Positions 46,001 through 56,500 of a stretch of 64,000 nt of DNA are shown here, in pieces. Each line of letters starts with the position of its first letter. Position 1 is the first letter of the stretch. The translations under genes were made by a program, and so were the position numbers. Below the pieces are notes generated by a model, which was not told the DNA's origin, searched no databases, and saw only the letters and a list, made by a program, of their open reading frames with translations. Source of the DNA: Heteronotia binoei (lineage: Eukaryota); assembly GCF_032191835.1 (NCBI RefSeq), contig NC_083224.1, forward strand, positions 141,422,001 through 141,486,000, given 5' to 3'.

Positions 46001-49000
46001 AGATATATTCAGAAAATGACTAGCCCAATGAACATTTTAGCTGTCCCCCTTTCTCTCTGCTAATTTTCCTGTTGAATTTTTAATGCACTGGTTTATTTCT
46101 AGATATTTCTGCTCTGTTTTAATTCTATAGCAACTTTTTTCATCATTCTGTTCTGATAGCTGTACTAAGTCCCTCTCAATGGGAGGGGCTGTGGTTCATA
46201 TTAGACCACCTGCTCAACATGCAGAAGGACCCAGGTTCAATCCTTTCAATGCCATTTAAAAAGAATCAAGTAGCAAGATAGCTAATCTGATACCTATGAG
46301 AGCCATTGCCAGTCTGAGTAGACAACATTGGCTGTGATGGACCAATGGTATAAGGCAACATCATGTGATATAGTAAAGTATAACTCTTTCAAGTAAATAA
46401 ATATAAACTATTAATATTGTTTAAAGTTTGTTTAAAAATCTGTTTTACACTAGGCTTCTTTTACATATTAAACTGTTAATGGTATTTCTTACTGTTCTCT
46501 CTGCTTTTTTGATCAGTTCCGCAGGGCCTGCAAGACCACCCTCTTCAAATTAGCCTTTATGAACAGCTGAATTACAACGAAGGAAATCCGCCATCAGTAC
46601 TAACTAGAATAGCGTCAATGATAATATAGTTTGTTTTAATTAATGCTCTAACTGGTTTTTAAGGTTAAATTAATGCTCAATTTTAATGTTTTAATGTTTT
46701 AATGTAATTGTTTATTAATGTACCACTGGTCATTGTGTTGTTTATTACTGTTCTATTTATTAATGTACCACTGGTCGTTGTGTTGTTAGCCGCCCTGAGC
46801 CTGCTTCGGCGGGGGAGGGCGGGATATAAATAAAATTTTACTTACTTACTTACTTACTAGTGCTTTAGCTGCTATTGGTGCAATAATTTAGTTTTATTGT
46901 ACATCATATGGGCCTCCTTTTAATGAAAGGCCAACACATAAATATTTTAATATATAACCCTTCCACATGAAACAATAAGGTTCCAAGCAAACATGAAAAC
47001 CAGGCAGTCTATTGAATGCCCAGTCGGCAATCCTGTGTTGCTGGAAAGCTGCTTTGGGCAGATCATATGCTGTGCAAGGCTATTTTAGGTGAATAACATT
47101 TTTAAAATTGTGTAAAACAGATACAGTGTAATGATATCATTTTGAACCAGAAAAGCAAAATGAAGAAAATATTTAGACAGGAAATGCCCAAATGTGTGTT
47201 ACAATCCTTGGTGCATATTTCCTATGAACAAGTACATTACAAGATTCAAAAGAATGTGACTTATTTGGTTAAAAAGCAGGCAAACAAATAATTATTTTCA
47301 ACTTACTGTCATAGAACTTAAATATATTCGGTTTGCTGTAATAATACTGCATTTTGAAAGACCGGACCTTCAGAAGTTTAAGGGCAAACTTGCAAGCAGA
47401 AGACCTAAATAAATTCAAAACAACAACAACAACAGTGAAATAAAAAGCAACCTAGATTCTTATGGCAATGAAAAGATGCATTATGTCATCAACTTTGCAT
47501 GATTTAGAAACCATTTTGTCAGGCACATGAAATGTTACCCTCCTTTACATACATAGCACAGACTAACATTTTAAGCAGGTGAAGCTTTGGCTCTCTTTAT
47601 TAGACTTACTATGTACAATAAATCAGTTGTTCATTACCATGAATGAGCCAAGACACAAAAAAATGGCAATAAGCATCTGGGATACCTAAACCTACTCTGT
47701 CCAAACCTCTGATGGAATGATAGGCTCCTGCCCCTTGCCTGCTTCTGTGCTTATGTGGAATGAGTCAGTGGGTGAAGCGAGTGCAGCTGGCCATTACTGG
47801 TTGTGATGGAAAGTGCTGTCAAGTTGTAGCCAACTTATGGTGACCCTGTAGGTTTTCAAGGCAAGAGATGAACATAGGTGGTTTGCCTGGCCATTATTAC
47901 TGAATGGAAAAGATGGTATATGTTCAAAGGAGTGGCCCAAAGTAGTAAAGCTGCAGTACCGCAGTCCTAAGCTCTGCTCATGACCTGAGTTCGATCCCAG
48001 CAGAAGATGGTTCAAGTAGCTGGCTCAAGGTTGACTCAGCCTTTCATCCTTCCGAGGTCGGTAAAATGAGTACCCAGCTTCCTAGGGGGAGGGGGAAGTG
48101 TAGATGACTGGGGAAGGTAAACCACCCGGTAAAAAGTCTGCCATGAAAATGTTGTGAAACCAATGTCACCCCAGAGTTGGAAATGACTGGCGTTTGCACA
48201 GGGGACTACATTTACCTTTACAATAAACAACAGCAATAATTGTTAACTTGTGTGATGAACAGTTGCATCTCTACTTACACATCAGCATACTGTGGAACCC
48301 GGAGACCAGCTACCTCAGTCATGTGAGAGATTACAAATCTCTGGAATTGGGCATCATTATCATTGGCTGCCACTTTAGCCATTGTTACTACCAGAGGGAG
48401 AGAAATATTCATTTCCAAGAGGCTGACACAAGCCATTATTCGAGCCAAAGTACAATATTCACGCTCCATAAAGGCTACAGTGAGAAGCTCTTGTCCCTAG
48501 AAGTAAAGAAAACATTTCTTAAGTGTCTGTTAAATTGCCTAGGTGTATTTTTATCCATCAATAATTACATATATTGCAGGATGGATTACACAGCAGAAAC
48601 AAACTGATTTTTATGAAGATTTTAATTGTACTGAGAATACTGTTAACAGTTTTGAAACAGAGTGTATTAGCAAGGGTATATGTATCCTGTGTGGCTGTCT
48701 TATTACACTGCTCATGGAGAATCCAATAACTGACACATAATAAATGCACTTCTGGTCCACTGAGTCTAGCACTCTGTGTTCTACACTAATCAGATACATT
48801 TTCTTGAGCACCTCTTCAGCACAGAATAATGGAAACAGGCCATCTCTGCACCATGATCCGGTATACTACCTCTGAACACAGAGATTCCATTTTTTCCTTT
48901 TATGACTAATATAACTGATAACACCTATTCTTCATTATTCTGTCACAGAACTGTAGCTTTCTGTTTTTTAAAAACCTGATTCTCAAGGTTGCAGGGGAAA

Positions 49001-52000
49001 TTATTAAAACATCAATCGGCCCCTTTTAAGTGCAGGGCAAGCCCTCTGAGGACAGTTACAGCGCCAGCTACATCAAATCCAGGTGGTCAGGTAAACTGTG
49101 AATGTTTGTATTGCACTGAAAATATCACAAGAATAGTTTCTTGGATCCCTAAACACACTGTGGTTACTAAGTTTATTTGCTCCACAGGGCACATACTTTG
49201 AACTTCATAAATATCAAAGGTGCCTTTATTAATCTTACCTTCCTCGGATCCATCCTGGCTGCCTGTCTTATGGCCAAAACAGCTTCCACTTGAATTTGGT
49301 CTGAATATTTGTTACGTTTAAACAGGACTTTCTCGAGGGGCATCATGCTGGTTCCATGAGCCGCATTGGCAAGGGACTTCAAACATAATATAATTTCTTG
49401 TTCATCTCCACTTCGGAGTGCCTCTGCTAAGCGATCATGGAAATGCTACCAAGAACAAAAGAGAGATGCAAATAAGCATACAAACTATTCCTCATACAAT
49501 ACATGTCGCTGCCTTTTTCAGTGACAAAGTAATGAATAGTTGCATGTAAATGCCAGTACTATGATCATTGGTTGGGTGTATATGCTGTTTCAGAATATGC
49601 TGTTATGTTCTGCAGTTATGAAGACCCTGGTGGGCTGGAAGAGATCTTAATATCATCCCACTCCATTTACACATAATCCCTCTGCAATGCAATCAATATT
49701 TATTAATAAACTAAAGCCCTCATTTCAAGCATGCAATTGATCATTTCCAAGGAAATAACAAAATTAATTCCATGATTAAAATTAAAAGTTGTATCCTTCT
49801 ACAGAAGCCAGTAACATTCCCTGCATCTAGCCAGCTGCCTCTTCCTTTACATTCTTATAATCAGTATTAGTAATGACTCTGATGGGCATCTTTGAAATTA
49901 ATAGTTTAAGTTTTTTAATTGTCATTTTCTGCTAGAACTGAATAAAGAAACTATTCTATGTCTCCAGAAAATGAAATATATTAAATTAGCCTGAAGCAAG
50001 GACACACACCTTGAGAATTTCTTTGGCATGAGATGGAGACTGAGAAAGACATCTGGAAACCAGAGCTCCATGTGCCAGGTTAGCTGCCATGTTAAGCCAG
50101 TAATTTCTCCTGATTATGGGGCTCTCCATTATTTCCTGTTCAAGTGAAAAATAATGAGAAAAAGTAAATGCATATGGTGGAACTTGATGGAAGATTTGTC
50201 TTGTTATAGGTGCAACAACCATTACTTTGAATTGCATTCTGCTGACTTCCTTGTAAAGTGACTGCACACAATTTTATTTTGATACAACAAATGATGATGT
50301 CACATGTACTCACTGCTGCCAATGAAGCTGCACGTTCACTAGGGGTTGCAAAATGGAAGGCTATGGGAATAAACCGAAGTAGTTCAGAGAAGCTCAGTTG
50401 GATGTCATGGTCACGGATTGCAATTTTGAGGAGCTCCAGTGAATTATCACTGCCTGCCATAGCAACTACATGTAGCAGAGCAAATCTGCAATGAGCAAAA
50501 AGGAACATTTAAGTTGCATTCTTTGCCCTCCTTCACAAAAAAAACTGATAAGATTTGGGGGCCAAGCCTGAGACTTTATTGCCCAGGTAGCAAAGGATTT
50601 AGGCTTGGTACCAGTCAGTATGCCAGAATATAATGCAGCATAAGAGTCAGCCAACATACCTGGCATGAGGCTTACTTGCAACCTTCCTTAAGACAGTGAC
50701 CAGGTCATTAAGACTTCCTCTACGGACCAGTTCGACAAGCTGTAGATACTTTTTAGGAGTTTCTGCTTTGTTGCCTGCTGGGTTGCTCTGGTCTAATTCT
50801 TGCATTTTCTCCATAAGCTGTTAGATTCAATAGAAGACAACAATAGCTAGAGTATATTCATTACAACCAATCAGAACAAGTCCTCTCTTGCTGCCTTTAC
50901 AGAAAGTGGAAACACTCGGTGTGTTAAACATTCTCTACCTGTTCTGCAATGTTGCGGGTCTCCATCACAGTAACTGCCATCCGGGGCTGGTCTGGAAATT
51001 CATAATAAATGTTTTCACGGCCCTCATCCTGAGCTTGTGGCCAGAGTGCTTGTTGTTGTTGTCGTTGCTGCTGCTGCTGCCGCCGCTGTTCAGGATTATC
51101 AATTTTCACCCCAGTCAGAGTCAGCTCTTGTCTGGAAGGGAACAGGAAACCACAGATATCATGAAAGAGTAATGGTTTGATCCTAGATTACCTTGAGAAA
51201 ATCAAGAAGACCTCAAAGCAGCTAAGCCAACAGCAGGCAAGAACAGGTGTATTTGTCAGTCTACATGGCTGAGATTGAATAGATGCAATACTGACCCACT
51301 CAAAGTTCATGGAAATGCAGCTATTGATGTCATAGAATACAGGCTGTATTAGAATCAGTAAGGGCAATAGCCAAGCTACCTTTATCTGTCCCCAACGTCA
51401 GCTTTCCCCACTTCCATCAGCCTCTTCCCAGGTAAAGTCTGGCCAGGCAGAATGGTGGCTGGCACTGGGTTGGGCTGTGTAGCCCAAGTCACACAGTGGC
51501 TGCCACTGGGCCAGGCCAGGCTGGACTGAGTAGTGCTGTGACTGGCATTGCCAGGACAGAACAGACCAAGTTATGTGACTAGAGAGTCTCTGGTGGTAGC
51601 TGTCAGGAGACATGACAAAGTGAGGGGGGTGCAGGAACTTTCCCAGAGCTATTCTGGTCTTTCAGTTCACTCCTGCTCTCCCCACCCCCCCGCCCCAACC
51701 TCTCAAGGTTCTGCTTTACAGAAATCAAAGCTCGGAAGGCTTATTCTTATGCTATGAAGCAGCTGCTGAGGGCCTAAAAACACATAAAATTTCCCCCTGG
51801 TCCTCCTGGGGTCTACATATTCAACTGTTTATTCCATGTCAGAAATTTAAATCCAGGCACACATATGCCTATTTGGATTGGGATGATGCCCCCATTATAC
51901 TGAGCAGAAGCAGCCCCAGGGAAGCACTATTTGTTCCATTGTAGAAATCTATGTGGACTCCATCACAGCACATGTGGCAGACAGCACCTGAAGGGCCATT

Positions 52001-53436
52001 CCAGGTTGAGTACATAGCTGTGGAGGGGTAAGGGGAGGATAAAGCCTGATCTGGTCCTGATCTGAATTGGGTCTGTGCATGCATAAGACTAAGTTCTCAG
52101 CGTAAAACTTGTAGTATACATTTGATCATGCAGACCTGAGGTGGACCTGAGGAAAAAGCATGATATCTAGTTAGGTTCTTAGTGATCACTCTTTCAATAA
52201 GGGCTTTTGATGCATTTACGGAACAAAATACAGCATAAAAGATGTATAATTTGTATGGTAATTATATGTTCTCTCAGCATGTTAACAGTGAGCAGCTGAT
52301 TTCAAGGGGGGGCATGTAGACAGACAAATACACCTGTTCTTGCCTGCTATTGGCTTAGCTTCTTTGAGGTCACATAAGTGCTGGTTAGCATTGGTCTATT
52401 CAGTGCTGCTATATAATTGGAATAAGACAGAACTGGGATTTTACAATTTATGAGCAACTTCTGTTCAGTTTAACTGTACACATGTTATTGTTTACAGGTT
52501 TTTAAATGATGGCTTGTTGGTTAAGCAGTTGGTTAAGCTTGTTGGTTAAGCAGTTAAGGCACACAAATTATACCTACTATTATATTTAGTTAATTACTGT
52601 ATTTAAAGTCCACCTTTCTGACTGAGCCTGAAGGCAGTGTAAGTCAAAATAGGAAGATTCCTTAAATTAATGAAGTGCATGACCCAGTTTTCACAAAATC
52701 TCAGTCTTGCCTAGAACTCCTGGAACCATGAGTTTGTTTTGTTTTTTAAAAGGTGTTCTACTTACGTGGCTTTCAGAATTACAGGAGTCTCAGAGTCACT
52801 GCCTGGAGAAACTTTGTATAGTTCATTTGCTTCGGCTTTTCCAATAAGAATAGTATTATTTTCAAATTTCACTTTGTGTTCTGATACCAAAACTCCTACA
52901 AGCAACCTGTTTTTCTAAACCACAGAAAAAGGCACTTTTAGTAAGTGTGAATGCAGACTAATTTTACACTAATTTGACAGCAAGCACATTCACAGCATTC
53001 TTACCATTGGGCAGAATGGAAGAGCATGGATATAGGACATTCCAATATTCTGTACCACTTTCTTCTTGCAATTCATCAAATTCTTGCTCTTAGTAATGGT
53101 GATCCAATCACTCTTCCCATTTTCATTGACTGTGTACTTAGCATCACAGTCACCTTGTATACCACTCTTTAAAATAAAGATACAAAAGTTACAAAAACAC
53201 ATATTTCAGCATTAATAAGGAGGGGCATGAGCAGAAGTGGAATGTGTATCAGAAAAAAAAATGAAAATACCATTAGATATGTAGGAAAATTTCATAGCTG
53301 TAAATTGATGTTTCATTTCTAGTTCCTGGTATTCATTTTTTTCTTATTTTACATCAAACAGAAATAAATCTGGCAGATGACTGAATAGTCCCTAAACTTT
53401 TAGCAGTACTTTTTGATTGATGGATTTCATAGTGAG

Positions 53437-53512
<76 letters not shown>

Positions 53513-56500
53513 ATCTATCTATCACTAGATAGTGAATATAACACTACAAACACAAATTATTTGGTTCCAATGCTGTCATTTAACAATTGTAACAATAAAT
53601 TAGGACCTTCAATAAAAAATAATCTGATCGATTAATTTAACTATTCAACAAGAAACCATCCAGCAGGTATGTAAGTGTAAACAGTAAAGTGAGGTATTTC
53701 ACTGCAGAAGTAAATCCCACCCCTTGAAAAAGTCAGTGCAAGTGTACCTTAAATGAAAGAAACAAACCTCTTGTACTTCATACGTCTTGTCCTCCTTGTA
53801 TGTTATTTTGAACATACCCACGACTCCTCTAATGATGTTCCTACAAAATCTAGGGGTATTTCTTGCAAAATAAATCTTCCCAATATTCTTGCCATACATT
53901 TCAATTTCAGTGGGGAAATGGCAGCATTGTTCAAATTCCTGAGTTTGCTTGGGAGAACGAACAAATGATTTCCCAATACAGTCTTCCACTTTTGGATTTG
54001 AAAGCTGAGGACAAAATTGAGGGGAAAATTATTTCCATCGGAAAAAAATTCCATTTGAAATTTAAAGTTTATTGACATTTCCTTGATTCATGCTTCCAGC
54101 TGGAAATGGTATTAATACTAATGAATTTGTCCCCTGCTCTGCCATCAGATGGTTAAATTGTTTTACATCATGTTTCACCAGTTTTAATTGTCTAACTTTG
54201 TTGTAATCTGCCCTTAGCCCACTTGCANNNNNNNNNNNNNNNNNNNNNNNNNNNNNNNNNNNNNNNNNNNNNNNNNNNNNNNNNNNNNNNNNNNNNNNNN
54301 NNNNNNNNNNNNNNNNNNNNNNNNNNNNNNNNNNNNNNNNNNNNNNNNNNNNNNNNNNNNNNNNTCAGTATTGGCTCTTTCAGCAGGAAAGACTAAACAG
54401 TAATGAATTTGGATTGGATTTTGTCCTTCTATATTATATACTGTTTCTCATATGAGAAACAAGTTAGTTAACATACACTAATTGTTTGGATTCTATGCGC
54501 CACAAGCAGAGAGTCTGTTAAAATAAACTGAGCCAAATTTCGCTTGGCTCACCCAAGAGGAAGATTGCCCCCAATCTTTCCCCCCCTCCCCACACAAACA
54601 CCTTCTTCTTGCATCCTCCTAGGCCATATTTTGTAAGCTATTTCCTTCTGACTCCTTCCACTAACTTCAATATTAATGCTTTACAAATACTGATTATCAT
54701 AGTAAACTTTCCTAAGAAAAGCACAAAATTATTTAACACTATTCTGATAGCTACCAATAAAGACATCAGACATCTGTATGTACTAAGACTAAAAATGATC
54801 CTCCCTCAAAAGTTAGGATTTGGAAAGAAATTTGACCTCCTCTCATTTTTAATGTAGCCCTAATTTGGATGGTCCAGGCTAGGATGATCTTATCATATCT
54901 CCACTGCGTAACAGGGTTAGCCTTGATTAGTATTTGGATGGGAGGCCACCAAGAAGACCAGGGTTGCTACGCAGAGGCAGGCAGTGTCAAACCACCTTAG
55001 TTTTTGCCTTGAAAATCCAGTGAGGGATTCTTGTACAGTCAGCTGCAGCTTCACAGCATTTTTACACGCATACACACACACATACTTCTAAAGTGCAAGT
55101 GACTGGAGGTCACTGGTGGTGGCCTCAGGTTGGCTCCCCACTAGTTATAATTCCAAAGGGGTAGCCAGTACTAAAGAAACAGTACTAAATATCCCAGTTT
55201 CAATTTCCTTTCCCTGACTCTTTCTTCCTGTTCTGTCCATCTCCTTCTCATCAGACTCTCAGGGAAGCTATTGCCCCTGACTTCACCAGTTACCCACTCA
55301 GCCCCACACCCATCCTCTGCTGCCTCTCACATAGTTGTTCTTCAGACAGCCATGTCCTGCCTCTACTGCAGGCCTCCCAGCCTCCTCTCTCCTTCTGCTG
55401 GCAAAGGGCATGCACATTGCAGGGCACTTGGCAGCAAACAGCAAACACTATCCCTCTGTTGATAGTTGGTTGCCATAAGCCAGGTTCAGGTATCTGGGCA
55501 GCTTCCTTGCATGCAGAAAGGCTGTGTGACTGTGGCTATGGCCCTGGGAGGGAAGGTGCCATTTGTATCTTGACTGAGGTAATTTCATGTGGTATCCTCA
55601 CAGGAGTGGTCATTCAACTGGAACCTTTTTTGAGACAGTTTTGTTTTAAATTCATATATGAATTATTTCCACAGTTCTGCAATGCTTACCATGAGACTGA
55701 ACCGTTTGGTGTTAATTCCATACAGCTTTAAATCTAAGGCAAACTTCAGCCCAGCGTTTCCTGATGTCTCATCTTCCAGTCCAGTTAGGGCCTCACCTTT
55801 GTAGCTGTACAAGAGCGTCTTCCCAACATCAACCTGAAATTCTGCAGAAAGGGATAGGCAGATCATTGAACAATGAGTGGCAGTGTTTACCAGATTATGG
55901 AACATCTCAGACTTCCTTCAGAATATTTCAGAAACATCTTTTGAGACTGATGTGTAATGCAAATGTATTTAATTAAACGATTAATCATTTAAAACCAGAT
56001 AGTAACCCTTACTGCATTTATACAGTGCTTTGGAATGCTCCAAGTAGGCCATAGATATTACACTATTGTGAACCCTAGAAGTACCCTGTGAGGTAGCTTT
56101 ATAATGTTATCATAACTGAAGATGGGGGGGGGGGGGTTGAAGAAGAGAAGCTTGCTAAATTTCATTTCATTTTATTCGATTTATATCCCGCCCTCCCCAC
56201 CAAGGCAGCTCAAGGTGGCTCACAACATAAAATTCTAACAATAAGATTAATGAATATAAAATACATTAAATAGTTTACAGCAGTTAAAACAAGAAAACAA
56301 GAAAACGATCTATCAATGTGCTATCCTACAACCTTCCTTTGGGTTTTTCAGGTACCGGTCAGTTATATGCCAACCAGAAGAGGACTGTCTTACAGGCCCT
56401 GCGGAACTGCCCCCAAGGTCCCACAGGGCCCTCACCTCTTCCGGTAGCTGGTTCCACCGGCAAGGGGCTGTAATCGAAAAGGCCCTGTCCCTGGTTGACT

